Shown here piece by piece: positions 9,450 to 20,594 of a stretch of 64,000 nt of DNA. The notes beneath the pieces are model-generated. The model did not search any database. It saw only the letters and a list, made by a program, of their open reading frames with translations, and was not told where the DNA came from. Made by a program: the position numbers and the translations under genes. This DNA is from an uncultured Planctomycetaceae bacterium (GTDB taxonomy: Bacteria; Planctomycetota; Planctomycetia; Planctomycetales; Planctomycetaceae): contig CAWFGE010000023.1 of NCBI GenBank assembly GCA_963815195.1, forward strand, positions 1 to 64,000, in the 5' to 3' direction. Numbering within the stretch: position 1 is the first letter of the stretch; each line of letters begins with the position of its first letter.

Positions 9450-10466
9450 TCATTTCTTCTTGAAGAACTGCTCCAATTCGCGGACGTTGGGATCGATCAG
9501 TTCCACCTGGCCTTGGGGATTGATCAGGTACATCGCGGGGATGGTGGGGACGCGGAACCTGTCGCGGGTGGCGTCGTTGTCGCCGCTGCTGAGGGCGAGG
9601 CTCCAGGGGAGGTTCCAGGTCTTTTGGAACTCCTCGACTGTGTCTTGCTTCTCATCCAGGCTGATGCCCACGATTTCGAGGCCCTGCGGATGGCGTTTTT
9701 CGTAGAACTGTTTCAGCCGAGGGAATTCCTTCAGACAGGGCGGGCAATTGGTGGCCCAAAAATCGACGAGCACCCATTTTTCCCGATAATCCTTCCAATC
9801 GACGGCTTTTCCGTTCAAATCTGTCACGGACGACTTCGGGGCCGACTGGCCGATGAGGTCCAGCTTCGCGAGCTTCGTTTCGCACAACAGGCGGACGTTT
9901 GCATTGAGGAACAGCGTCCGCGAGAGGTTCTGATAAATCTCGCGGGCCGTTTCCGGCTTGCCGGCGATTTGGGCCTGGACCGCCAGGGTTTTGGCGAGAT
10001 CGACGGTCTGGTCGGGCATGCGAAAGCGGACGTTTGCGAGTTGCCTTTCAAAATCCAGCATCGCCTCGTCCCATTGCCCGGCCTTGGCCCGGCCGACCAT
10101 TCGCACCCGGGCCGCCGAGTCTTTTAAGGGCAGTTCTTTGCCGGCTTGCTTTAGATACAGATCGGCGAGCGAAACCGCTTCCGATTCCCAGGCCTGCTCC
10201 GAGGCGGTCTGAAACAGCCACTTGTAGGCCTGCTCCGCATCGTCGGCTTCGGGGTGATCTTTGATGTAATTCTGGATGGCATCAAATGTTTTGCGGGTCT
10301 GCCTGTCGAGGATCTCGGAAAAATTGCCCGCCGGGGCCGGTTTTACGTCCTCCCCGCGAATGGGAGCCACGCTTTGGATCGAAAAGACGATAACCACCAA
10401 AAGGCCAATCCCGAGACTTCGCCCCCGCGAAGGGGTTTGAAAACATTGAAGGCGGAGAGCTTTCAT
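9450..10466 (-). CDS. Exported TlpA-family thiol-disulfide oxidoreductase with N-terminal helical/TPR-like domain
   Basis: LVDFWATNCPPC, VGISLD, TIPAMYLI; signal-like N-terminus. Confidence 0.88.
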   Translation of the reverse strand: MKALRLQCFQTPSRGRSLGIGLLVVIVFSIQSVAPIRGEDVKPAPAGNFSEILDRQTRKTFDAIQNYIKDHPEADDAEQAYKWLFQTASEQAWESEAVSLADLYLKQAGKELPLKDSAARVRMVGRAKAGQWDEAMLDFERQLANVRFRMPDQTVDLAKTLAVQAQIAGKPETAREIYQNLSRTLFLNANVRLLCETKLAKLDLIGQSAPKSSVTDLNGKAVDWKDYREKWVLVDFWATNCPPCLKEFPRLKQFYEKRHPQGLEIVGISLDEKQDTVEEFQKTWNLPWSLALSSGDNDATRDRFRVPTIPAMYLINPQGQVELIDPNVRELEQFFKKK

Positions 10467-10759
10467 GGACGACACCTCTTTCATCCATCACCGGGATCTT
10501 CCCGATATTGACCAAAGGGAAACCATTTGTTTTTTTGAAAATATTTGGGGAAACATCAAGTTCCGATTGAACTGATGGTGGGAATGGGTAAACTAACTGA
10601 TATTGTGCAATATTGATATGTAGCCGAAGTGGCCGTCCAAAACCACCCTCCGCACACAAAAGAGACAACGACTGGCCGAGTCGTCCGCTGGCGGAACGGG
10701 CGCGTGAAAGCGCGGGCATCCCCTTTACGTTGTTCATCATCCTGACCTAGGAGTTTCCC

Positions 10760-12673
10760 GTGAGTTCTCGTTCTTGGAATGAGTCGGCCAGTTACGATCA
10801 ATTGGCTCAAGACACGGGGGTCCTGGCCAACATGCGCGAAACGCCGTCGTGGGTCATCAGTTGCGTGGTGCACGTCGCGCTGTTGTTCTTTCTGTATCAG
10901 ATCACGTTCAAAAACCTGGTGGACCGGGATCAGGTGATCGACAGCGCGATGGTGGAAGACGAGATGAAGCCGGAGGATTTCAAGTTCGACGCCACGGTGC
11001 AGGATGAGATGGGCAGCGACAGCCCGATCAACGTGATGAGCCCGTCCCAAGCCGCCGCGACGGAAGCGGGCCAGAATCCACAAAAGGATTTGGTGCGGGA
11101 GCTTGAAAGCGAAGTCTCCGTGCAGAAGCCGGTGACGGATACGGTGCCGCAGCCCAATCAGGCCGACCTGGTGAAAGCGATCGACACGACGGGGGCGACG
11201 GAATACACGGGCGGCGTGGAAGGGGCGATCGATCGGCTGACGTACGAGATCGCCGGCTCGCTCCGCGAACGCAAGACCCTGGTGGTGTGGCTGTTCGATG
11301 CCTCCCTGTCGTTGAAGGAACGCCGGGAAACGATCGCCAAGCGGTTTGAAAACGTATACGCCCAACTGGGGCAGTTGGACGTCAACACCGACCGGGCCTT
11401 GAAGACGGCGGTCGCCAGTTACGGATCGACGACGCACCTCATCACAGAGGATCCGGTGGACGATGTCCAAGACGTGATCCAAGCCGTGCATGGGATCAAG
11501 CCGGACGAAACCGGCAAAGAGAACGTGTTCTCGGCCGTGCAAGCTGTGACGAACAAATGGAAATCGTACCGCACGGCGATGCACCGCAACGTGATGGTCG
11601 TGATCGTCACCGACGAGCGGGGCGACGATTATGGGATCATGGAAGACGTGATCCGCGATGTCCGCCGATTGGGGATTCGCGTGTATTGCGTGGGGAACGC
11701 GGCTCCGTTCGGGCGGGAGAAAGGCTACGTCACCTGGCGGTACGAAGACGGCTCGACCGAAGAGCTTCCCGTGGATGCCGGGCCCGAAACCATCGCCGCC
11801 GAGCGGTTGCGGCTGGGCTTCTGGGGCACGTCGGGCCGCGACCTGGAGAAGATGTCGGCCGGGTTCGGCCCGTGGGCGATGACCCGGCTCTGCGCCGAGA
11901 CGGGCGGGTTGTATCTCGTCTCGGAAGAAAGCGTGAAAGGCCCGCGGTTCGATCCCGAAGTCATGCGGGTTTATGCTCCCGATTACCGCCCGATTCGCGT
12001 GTATCAGGACGAACTGCGGAAGAACCTCGCCAAGCGGATGCTCGTCGAAACCGCCGCGGCCACGCACGCCGAGAACGTCGCCTCGCCGAAGTTGGCCTTC
12101 AAAGCCGACAACGACAACATCCTCCGCCAGGAAATCACCGAAGCCCAAAAGCCTCTGGCCGTTTACGACTACAAACTCCAGCAAATGGTCAACAAGCTCG
12201 AACTCGGCGAAAAGGAGCGGGACAAGCTGATCACGCCGCGGTGGCGGGCGAGCTTCGACCTGGCGATGGGCCGGGTGCTGGCGCTCAGGGCCCGGGCCTA
12301 CGGCTACAACATCGTCTTGGCCGAGATGAAGTCCACCCCCAAAACCTTCGAGAAGCAAGGCAGCAACCGCTGGCGGCTCGTGCCCTCGAAAGACATCGCC
12401 GGCGGGCCCACGATCCGCAAGATCGCCACGAAAGCCGAGGAATACCTGACCCGCGTCATCGACGAGCATCCCGGCACGCCTTGGGCGATGATCGCCGAGC
12501 GCGAGTTGGGAACGCCGCTGGGCTGGGCCTGGGAAGAATACCGCGATGCGTCCGGCGGCGGCATGAAAAAAGGCGGCAACAATAACGATCCGAAACTTCA
12601 ATTGGCCGAAGAGAAGAAAAAGCAGATGCAAAAGAAGATGGCCCAGAAGACGCGGGTCAAACCCAATCTCTGA
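10760..12673 (+). CDS. Membrane-anchored vWA-domain protein (planctomycete type), paralog 1
   Basis: Single TM (SWVISCVVHVALL), acidic linker, MIDAS DASLS, VTDERGDD, C-terminal HPGTPWA. Confidence 0.85.
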   Translation: MSSRSWNESASYDQLAQDTGVLANMRETPSWVISCVVHVALLFFLYQITFKNLVDRDQVIDSAMVEDEMKPEDFKFDATVQDEMGSDSPINVMSPSQAAATEAGQNPQKDLVRELESEVSVQKPVTDTVPQPNQADLVKAIDTTGATEYTGGVEGAIDRLTYEIAGSLRERKTLVVWLFDASLSLKERRETIAKRFENVYAQLGQLDVNTDRALKTAVASYGSTTHLITEDPVDDVQDVIQAVHGIKPDETGKENVFSAVQAVTNKWKSYRTAMHRNVMVVIVTDERGDDYGIMEDVIRDVRRLGIRVYCVGNAAPFGREKGYVTWRYEDGSTEELPVDAGPETIAAERLRLGFWGTSGRDLEKMSAGFGPWAMTRLCAETGGLYLVSEESVKGPRFDPEVMRVYAPDYRPIRVYQDELRKNLAKRMLVETAAATHAENVASPKLAFKADNDNILRQEITEAQKPLAVYDYKLQQMVNKLELGEKERDKLITPRWRASFDLAMGRVLALRARAYGYNIVLAEMKSTPKTFEKQGSNRWRLVPSKDIAGGPTIRKIATKAEEYLTRVIDEHPGTPWAMIAERELGTPLGWAWEEYRDASGGGMKKGGNNNDPKLQLAEEKKKQMQKKMAQKTRVKPNL

Positions 12674-12841
12674 TTCGGCCGGTGGCCGCCCGGCATTCGT
12701 CAACCGCTTTTCGCCTCCGGCCGACGTCGCATCGCCGGGGGCGTTTGGTTTGAGACTCCCTTCCCTCCGCTGTACAATACACCCAGGGGTTTCCTCAAAA
12801 CTCCGCCCGCCCGCCCACCGATCATTCCGGGGACAAGACTG

Positions 12842-14806
12842 ATGACAACCGAAACGACAACCGAAATCAAACACGCTTCCGCTTCGCATTGGAAGCAGTT
12901 TTCGAGCTTCGGCGTTTCCATCGTCGTGCACGCTGTGATCCTGGGAGGCATGTGGTTCATCCGGAACGAAATCGTCCGGCAGCAGGAGCAGTTCACCGTC
13001 GAATCGGTGCTCAACGACGATGAGCGGATCCCCGAAGAGATCACCCAGCAACTTAATGTGAACACCGAAGTTGCCACGAGCATGAACGTGGTTTCGGGCG
13101 GCGTCGTCTCGACGAACGTCGGCTCCACCACGAACCCCTCGGTGGCCAAGGTCAAAATGGAGACCTCGGAACTCATCCAGACCGATGTCAAAGTCAACGC
13201 CTCGCAGGTGACGATGCCCGGCGATTCCGACCTGGGCACGGACCTGGGCGAAGGCGAAGTCACGGGGGAAATCGGCGCGGTGGTCACCGGCTACGGGCCC
13301 GCGCTCAGCCGGCTCACCCAGGAAATCATCCGCCACATGCGGGAGCAAAAAGTCCTCGTGGTCTGGCTGTTCGACCAGTCGGACAGCATGAAGGACGACC
13401 ACAAAGAGATCGCGGCCAACTTCCACAAGGTTTACGAGGAACTGGGCATTGCGCAGAAGCAAGACGAGAAGCTGAAGACGCGGATTAAGGACCAGATTCT
13501 GCAAACGATGATCGTCGCCTACGGCGAAGCCTTGAAGCCGATGCACAAAGACCCCACCACCGACATCAAGATCATCGAAGACGCGATCACGAAGATCCCC
13601 ATCGACGAGAGCGGCAAGGAGAACATGTGCGCCGCGATTCAAGCCGTGACGGAGGAATTCGGCCGCCGGGTGCTGCGGGACAAGCGCAAACTTTTGATCG
13701 TGGTGGTTTCGGACGAGTCGGGCGACGACGGCGAACTCGTGGAGCCGACGATCGAAAAGGTCAAAAAGCTCAAAGCGCCCGTGTATGTTCTGGGCCGGGA
13801 ATCGGTGTTCGGCTATCCCTATGCCCGCATCAAATGGCAGGATCCGAAATACCATCTCTGGCATTGGCTGCGGATCAACCGCGGGCCGGAAACCGCCTTT
13901 CCCGAATGCCTGCAATGGGACGGCCTGCACAGCCGCTGGGACGTGCACAATTCGGGCTTCGGTCCGTACGAGCAGGTTCGCCTGGTGAAGGAATCGGGCG
14001 GGATCTTTTTCGTGCTGCCGGGCGAGGAAGAGGACCTGTCCGGCGAAGGCGCCCGCGAACGCCGGGAGTACGCCGCCTTGGACATGAAGCCTTACACGCC
14101 GATGCTCTTGGCCCGCCGCGACTATGCGGAGGGCGTCAAGCACAGCAATTTCCGCAAAACGATTTGGGAAGTCATCGTGCGGCTGAACCCGACCAAGCAC
14201 CAATTTCTGCCGGCCTACGACGAGAAGTTGAACATCCGCGAGCACTGGTATCCGCTCGCCCCGGCCGAGTTCAAAGAAGAGGCCGCGAAGGAAGTCGTCA
14301 AAGCCGCCAATGCGATGAACCTGCTCAATACGGCCATCGGGATGCTGGAGCGGATCAAGCCGGAGCGGGATTCCGAGCGGTTCGACCGCTGGCGGGCGAA
14401 TTACGATTTGATCTGCGCCCAGTGCATCGCCTACCGCGTGCGGCTGTTCCAGTTCCTGCTGGCGATGGACGACCACGCGGCCCATATGCCCAAGCCGAAG
14501 GACCGCAAAACCAACCGCTGGAACGTGGGCCGGACCCGCAACGTGATCGTTCCCGATGAAGGCCAGTTCCAACGGTTGAAAACGGCGTTCAATATCAAAA
14601 AGACGCGGGAAGAATACCTCGCCTACGTCAAAGCGGAGGAAGACCGGGCGGTGGCGATGTATCAACAGGTCTTGGAGAACCATCCCCGCACGCCTTGGGC
14701 CCGGCGGGCGAAGTTCGAACTCGACCACGGCTTCGGCATGCACTTCTACGAAGCCCACCGCGATCCCAACTACGACCGCCGCGACATCAAACTGCCCAAA
14801 CCGTAA
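12842..14806 (+). CDS. Membrane-anchored vWA-domain protein, paralog 2
   Basis: Single TM (SFGVSIVVHAVIL), MIDAS DQSDS, VSDESGDD, C-terminal HPRTPWA. Confidence 0.85.
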   Translation: MTTETTTEIKHASASHWKQFSSFGVSIVVHAVILGGMWFIRNEIVRQQEQFTVESVLNDDERIPEEITQQLNVNTEVATSMNVVSGGVVSTNVGSTTNPSVAKVKMETSELIQTDVKVNASQVTMPGDSDLGTDLGEGEVTGEIGAVVTGYGPALSRLTQEIIRHMREQKVLVVWLFDQSDSMKDDHKEIAANFHKVYEELGIAQKQDEKLKTRIKDQILQTMIVAYGEALKPMHKDPTTDIKIIEDAITKIPIDESGKENMCAAIQAVTEEFGRRVLRDKRKLLIVVVSDESGDDGELVEPTIEKVKKLKAPVYVLGRESVFGYPYARIKWQDPKYHLWHWLRINRGPETAFPECLQWDGLHSRWDVHNSGFGPYEQVRLVKESGGIFFVLPGEEEDLSGEGARERREYAALDMKPYTPMLLARRDYAEGVKHSNFRKTIWEVIVRLNPTKHQFLPAYDEKLNIREHWYPLAPAEFKEEAAKEVVKAANAMNLLNTAIGMLERIKPERDSERFDRWRANYDLICAQCIAYRVRLFQFLLAMDDHAAHMPKPKDRKTNRWNVGRTRNVIVPDEGQFQRLKTAFNIKKTREEYLAYVKAEEDRAVAMYQQVLENHPRTPWARRAKFELDHGFGMHFYEAHRDPNYDRRDIKLPKP

Positions 14807-14830
14807 ACCTCGAGCCGCCGACCGCTTTTC

Positions 14831-14886
14831 GTACCGGTGGCTTCCAGCCGCCGAATGCATCACCGGCGGCAAGATGCCGACGCTAC
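14831..14886. repeat. REP-like palindromic doublet overlapping the lutC stop codon
   Basis: gtaccggtggcttccagccgccg ... cggcggcaagatgccgacgctac. Confidence 0.65.
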
Positions 14887-15505
14887 GACTCCAGCAGGAT
14901 CACCGTCAGCGAACGCGCACCGTGGGCTCCGATGACCAGCGACTGTTCGATGTCCGCCGTCTTCGAGGGGCCGGAAATAAACGTGCCGAAGCCGGCCTCG
15001 GTGAAATGCGGGGAACCGTCTTCTCGGTCATGCTTCGCCAGCCAATCATACGCCTGGTGCATGTTGTGGAGAACTTCGTTCGCGGGCACGACAGCGCCAC
15101 ATGCTGGGGCAGAAAGAAAATCACGCGGTGCTTGATGCCTGAATCCGTGACCCACACCGCGCCATTCTCCGCCACCGCGAACCGGCCCGGCAGCACGGCG
15201 AAGTCCACATCCTCCAGATCGTGCGGATCGCCGATCGCATCGAAATCCACGTTCGGCTCGCCAATCCCGGGCACCAGGGACACGATCTTCTTCGCCTCGG
15301 CATAGGCCGGGACATTCGCCAACTCGGCACAGGCCGCCTCGCGGTCCGCCGTCTTCACACACCGCCCGCCCACGCTCTCGAGGACTTCCGCAAACTTCGC
15401 CAGTGGATCGGGATATTCAATCCATTCCGCATTGAGTTCGGGCAAATCCACCGCTTCCACCAACTGCCGGTGAACGGCCTTCAAAATCTCCGACCTGCTG
15501 GACAT
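14883..15505 (-). CDS. lutC: LUD-domain protein, LutC/YkgG family (frameshift near 15090)
   Basis: [33 protein letters not shown]. Confidence 0.85.
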
Positions 15506-15538
15506 GGTCTCGGTCAATCATCAGAAAACATCAGGATT

Positions 15539-15688
15539 GGGTGGCACGCTCTGAGCGCAGCGAAGGGCGTGGCGATCCCGTGCCATCCGCCTTTGGGCCC
15601 GGCTATGTCCGCTGGATCTCTTGCTAGCCCGAAGCGCCAGCGAGGGAAGCCACGTTCCGGGGAAATCCCTCGCTGGCGCTTTGGGCTA
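15539..15688. repeat. REP cluster: GGGTGGCA-type arm plus a 23-bp inverted repeat
   Basis: gggtggcacgctctgagcgcagcgaagggcgtg near 15539; tagcccgaagcgccagcgaggga (15625-15647) pairs with tccctcgctggcgctttgggcta (15666-15688). Confidence 0.75.
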
Positions 15689-15763
15689 CGGAAAATCATC
15701 CCAAAATCCGATATCACCGGACACAGCCTGGTCTCTGCAGCATAGGGAATCGGAGGCGGCGTG

Positions 15764-18092
15764 TCATGGGCAGCAGCACTTGGGGCGGCAGCAATTTTCG
15801 GGCGCGGCACCGGGGCTTGCGGGGAGAGGGGCCGCCTGAACGCGGGCGAGAATGGGAACAGCATCGCCCGTGCGGGTGGAGCCTTTCACGCGGGAAGTCA
15901 ACTCGCCCGCGCTCCCGGCCTGGAGGCGGACGCTGAGCGTTCGGGTCTCTGCCGGAGGCAACGACGCGAGTTCCCAGGTGACGGTCCCGGCTTCGCGGTC
16001 ATAGACCCCGGCATCTTCCACTTGGACCACGCGAAATCCCGCAGGCACGGACTCGACGATTTTCACATCCTGTTGAGGGGAAGCCGTCAGGTTTTCGACG
16101 TGGTTTGTGAACACGATCGACTCGTCCAGCGAGACGGTTCGGTAGCCCGATCGCCGGAGCCGGATCGGCGGGCCGGCGGGTTCCGGTTGTGCGGGTGGAG
16201 CCGGTGCTTTTTCGATGTGGGTGACCGAGGCGACGCTTGCCTCCGGGCGGACGCTGGTCGTGGTTACGATGGTCCCGGTCTCGGTGGGGACGACCTCGAC
16301 GGACAGCCTGCGTTTTTCGCCCGGTCCGACCGACTTGAGCCGCCACCTGAGGGTGTGGTCCTCGAAATATCCCGCCGGGGACACGTCGGTCAGTCGATGC
16401 GTGGGCGGCACCGCCTCGTCCACGTCCACGCTTTCGAGCATTTCCCGCCCGCGGTTTTCGATGAGGATCTCGTACTGAAAGGGCTCGTGGGCCGAGGTCT
16501 TCTGGGGCAGCCGTTTTTCAATCGCCAGCGAGAGTTCGCTGTCCGGCGCGGGACGCGGAGGCTCCTCGTAACTCGGCGAGGCCGCGTTCGCGAGTTCCCG
16601 TTCAACCCGCTTGCGGTCCTCCGGAGACAGCCGATCCCAATAGGGCGGCCGCGGCGCGGCCGGCGGCTGGTCCGATGACAAATGCCGATCCCACGCATCC
16701 ACACCCCGAGGTGGCGGGTTTTTCGGCGGGACGGAATCGCCGGATTTGAGCAGAAACCGCTCGGGATCGTCATCGGGCAGCCGCAAAAATTCGATCGCCA
16801 TATTCACAGACGGAGTGGCCGGTACGTTGGGTTCCACAGGCGCGGATGGCGGCGGTTCGGGTTTTGGTTCCCGCGCGGCCGGTTCACTTGGAAAGAGATT
16901 GTCCAAGGGATCCGCAAACGGCTTCGATGGCGGCATCGGCGGTACGGGCGGTTCTTCGCGCGGAGTTTTCGTTTCGCTGGGCGCGGAACTCGCCGGCGGC
17001 AGGTTGTCGAGCGGATCGACGAACGGCTGCGGTTCGCTTTTGGGGGGAGCTTGCGGAGCTTCCGGCGGGGCCGAGGGCGGTTCCAACGGCGGCGGAACGG
17101 GATTCGTCGGCGGCAGATTGTCGAGCGGCTCGACGAACGGTCTGCGGCTCCTGTTCCGTTGGCCGTCGAGGTGCATGGGGTGCCGTCGCGGGAGCCTGCG
17201 GTTCGCTTTGCGGTTCCAACGGCAAAGGATTGTGGGGCGAAAACTCCTGCGGCGCGGTATCGGGTTGGGGCGGCGTTTCCACCGGCGGCGACTCGGCGGG
17301 CGGCTTGCTTGGCTCGCTGACCGGCGGAAAATTGTCCAGCGGATCCACAAACGGCACCGGCTCGGCGACGTGCGGCGGCATCGGTGGTTGCGGCGGCGGG
17401 TCCGAAGGGAACTTGGGCGGATCGGCAGAGAACTTCGGCGGGTCCGCGGTAAAAGGCACGCCGTCGGCTTGAAATCGGCCCTGTGGAGAGCCCGATCCCG
17501 AATCGGCAAACGATTCCACCTGGGCGACTTTTGTGACAGTCATTTCCGTGGACCAGCCCTGCGGCAGGCCCGGATCGATCCGCATCTTGGCCGCGGCATC
17601 GGTTGAAACCTTCGCGGACCGTTGTGACGACTCCTTCGCCCGCAGCGTTTGAAACGAATACATCATCTGCAGCAGAATCATCAGCAGGATGCCCAGCGTG
17701 CCCGTCACGCCCGCAAAGGTCCAAGCCGTGCGCTTCTGGAACAGCACGCGTGTCCTGAGCCCGGCCCGGCGGAGTTGAATCCCGTAAATCCGCGTCCCGC
17801 GTTTGAGCAACCACCAAACCCCTCCGGCCCCTTGGCGAACCGGCCGCCAAACGACGCGACCGCCGCGCCCCAGGCCGGCCGCAATGTTTGCCCGCGAGCC
17901 CCAGACTCGCCGAAGGCTCAAAACGCTCCGCTTGAGTTGAATCAAGAGACCGCTCAACAACATCACGAATCGCGATCGAGGCAAATGGCGGTTTCGTGCC
18001 GGCACTGGTTCTCTCCGCTGAGCCGTCTTGGTGACAGAACTCCCTTTCCGCCGAACCCCGAACCGGCTGGCCCGAAAGTCCCAACGGCACAT
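15764..18092 (-). CDS. Membrane-anchored proline-rich protein with two C-terminal DUF11-like domains (frameshift near 17165; start uncertain)
   Basis: TM segment GTLGILLMILLQMM, repeated PFxDPLDN motifs, YEILIENRG...VDEAVP and VKIVESVPAGF...TVTWEL. Confidence 0.75.
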
Positions 18093-18290
18093 CACACGAT
18101 GCAGCGATTCCTTATCACAAACCCCCGAAAAACAAAAGAGGGATTCATAGCGCGCTGAGGATTTGTGAGGGTTTGAATTGATGTTTTGCCGCGGAAGAGG
18201 CCGTCCGGTTGATTCTCGTCCGCCAGGGCCGCAAAATGGGCGGGATGTTTTGACTTGGACTTCCCGAACTGATTTGCGAGGAGAGAGACA

Positions 18291-19283
18291 ATGCGAATTC
18301 CACGTGCGCTGGGGCAACTGTTGGCTTTGGGGGTGTTAAGCGGAATGGCGGCATTCGCGGCCGACAAGCCCGAGAAGAAGGTCTTCCTCGAACCCGCCGA
18401 GGCGGGCGTCGATTTCAAACTCCAAGGCGAATACAGCGGCGACATCGGCACCGACAATGGCGGGGAGAAAGTCGGCGTGCAGGTGGTCGCTTTGGGCGGC
18501 GGGAAGTTCCGCGCGGTGGGCTATCCCGGCGGACTGCCCGGCGACGGCTGGAGCGGGGAAAAGAAAGTCGAGGTCGAATCCCAACTCGAAAACGGCGAAG
18601 TCCGCTTCGGAGCGAAGGACCACGCCGGCGTCCTGAAAAAAGACGGCACGTTGACGATCGAAGCCGGCGGCCAGGTCTTGGGCACGCTCAAAAAAGTCCA
18701 CCGCAAAAGCGAGACCCTCGGCCAAAAGCCCCCCAGAGGAGCCGTGGTGCTGTTCGACGGCAGTTCGGCCGACAAATTCCAAGGCGGGAAAATGACCAAA
18801 GACGGCCTCTTAGAGCAAGGCGCGACCAGCAAAGAGAAGTTCCAGGGCTTCAAGCTGCATTTGGAGTTCATGCTGTCCTTCATGCCCCAAGCGCGGGGGC
18901 AGGGCCGAAGCAACAGCGGCGTCTATATGCAGGGCCGGTATGAAGTCCAGGTCCTCGATTCCTTCGGGCTGGAAGGCAAGAACAACGAGTGCGGCGGGAT
19001 TTACACCGTGAGCGATCCCCGCGTCAACATGTGCTATCCGCCCTTGTCCTGGCAGACTTACGATGTCGATTTCACGCCGGCGAAGTTCGACGAGTCCGGC
19101 AAGAAAACCGCCAACGCCCGCATGACCGTCCGACACAACGGCGTCGTGATTCAGGACGATGTCGAAGTCCCCAAAGCCACCACCGCCGCCCCGGTCAAAG
19201 AAGGCTCCGAACCGGGCCCGCTCTACATCCAAAACCACGGGAACCCCGTGCGCTACAAAAACATCTGGCTCGTGGAAAAATAG
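18291..19283 (+). CDS. DUF1080 (3-keto-disaccharide hydrolase-like) exported protein
   Basis: Signal peptide, VLFDG, NSGVY...YEVQVLDS, IQNHGNPVRYKNIW. Confidence 0.9.
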   Translation: MRIPRALGQLLALGVLSGMAAFAADKPEKKVFLEPAEAGVDFKLQGEYSGDIGTDNGGEKVGVQVVALGGGKFRAVGYPGGLPGDGWSGEKKVEVESQLENGEVRFGAKDHAGVLKKDGTLTIEAGGQVLGTLKKVHRKSETLGQKPPRGAVVLFDGSSADKFQGGKMTKDGLLEQGATSKEKFQGFKLHLEFMLSFMPQARGQGRSNSGVYMQGRYEVQVLDSFGLEGKNNECGGIYTVSDPRVNMCYPPLSWQTYDVDFTPAKFDESGKKTANARMTVRHNGVVIQDDVEVPKATTAAPVKEGSEPGPLYIQNHGNPVRYKNIWLVEK

Positions 19284-19309
19284 TCGCGACCGCGAACCGA
19301 CCCGGCAAG

Positions 19310-19336
19310 GCGAGCCGCCGGCGTAAGCCGGCTGAT
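19310..19336. repeat. REP-like arm between convergent genes
   Basis: gcgagccgccggcgtaagccggctgat; shares its start with gcgagccgccggtc at 20528. Confidence 0.6.
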
Positions 19337-19374
19337 CACTGGCAATCAAAAATCGGCACCGATTCCAACATCAA

Positions 19375-20394
19375 CTACGACTTCGGAACGTTGTAAAACT
19401 CCCGATACCAGTCCACGAAGCGGGCGATGCCTTCTTCGATGCTGGTATTTGGCCGAAAGCCGACATCGTCCGCGAGGGCGTCGATGTCGGCATAGGTCGC
19501 GAGCACGTCGCCGGGCTGCATCGGCAAGAGGTTCTTTTCCGCCTTCTTCCCGAGGCAGTTTTCCAGAACCTCGATCACAGACAAAAGCTCCACCGGATTG
19601 TTGTTGCCGATGTTGTAGATTCGATACGGAGCCTGGCTGGTCGCCGGATCGGGCTGGTCGCCGGACCAATCGGGGTTCGGTTCCGGCACGCGGTTCGCCA
19701 CGCGGATCACGCCTTCCACAATGTCGTCGATATACGTGAAGTCTCGCTGCATCTGGCCACGGTTGAACACGTCGATCGGCTGCCCGGCCAGGATCGCCTT
19801 CGTGAAAATGAACATCGCCATATCAGGCCGCCCCCACGGACCATACACGGTGAAAAACCTAAGCCCCGTCGTGGGCAAGCCGTAGAGATGGCTGTAAGAA
19901 TGGGCGATGAGTTCGTTGGCCTTCTTGGTCGCGGCATAGAGGCTGAGCGGATGGTCCACGTTGTGATGCACCGAAAACGGCATCTTCGTGTTGGCTCCAT
20001 ACACCGAACTCGAAGAGGCATAGGCGAGGTGTTTCACCCCATGATGCCGGCAGCCTTCAAGAATGTTCACAAAGCCGGTGAGATTGCTGTCCACATAGGC
20101 GTGCGGATTTTGGAGCGAATACCGCACTCCCGCCTGAGCCGCGAGATGGATCACGATCTCGAATTCGTGCTCCTCAAATAACTTCTTCATGCCGGCGCGG
20201 TCGGACAGCTCGAGCTTTTGAAACTCGAACCCCGCCTGATTCTCCAATTGGGCGAGGCGGGCCTGTTTGAGTGTGACATCGTAATAGTCGTTGACGTTGT
20301 CGAGCCCGACCACGTTTTCGCCGCGAGCCAACAGCTTGTTGCAAACGTGAAAGCCGATGAATCCCGCCGCTCCCGTCACCAGGTAGTTTCTCAC
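19375..20394 (-). CDS. NAD-dependent epimerase, UDP-glucuronate 4-epimerase type
   Basis: [33 protein letters not shown]. Confidence 0.95.
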   Translation of the reverse strand: MRNYLVTGAAGFIGFHVCNKLLARGENVVGLDNVNDYYDVTLKQARLAQLENQAGFEFQKLELSDRAGMKKLFEEHEFEIVIHLAAQAGVRYSLQNPHAYVDSNLTGFVNILEGCRHHGVKHLAYASSSSVYGANTKMPFSVHHNVDHPLSLYAATKKANELIAHSYSHLYGLPTTGLRFFTVYGPWGRPDMAMFIFTKAILAGQPIDVFNRGQMQRDFTYIDDIVEGVIRVANRVPEPNPDWSGDQPDPATSQAPYRIYNIGNNNPVELLSVIEVLENCLGKKAEKNLLPMQPGDVLATYADIDALADDVGFRPNTSIEEGIARFVDWYREFYNVPKS

Positions 20395-20594
20395 CGAGGT
20401 TGCTCCCGTTCCATGATTTCAGGTCACCAATCAAAACGTCCGCCGTAAGTAAACTGAAAACCCGCGCATTCTGCAACGGGAGTTTGTCTGAATCGCGAAC
20501 GTCGCGATTCCACCGCAAGCGACGCGGCGCGAGCCGCCGGTCTTGATCTTGGCGAATATCGCTTCATCGAAACCGGAGCCTACCGCCGCCTACC

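Noticed and set aside
10556..14872. 1438-aa minus-strand ORF
   Set aside because: Antisense shadow of the two vWA genes, caused by high-GC codon bias; no recognisable motifs.
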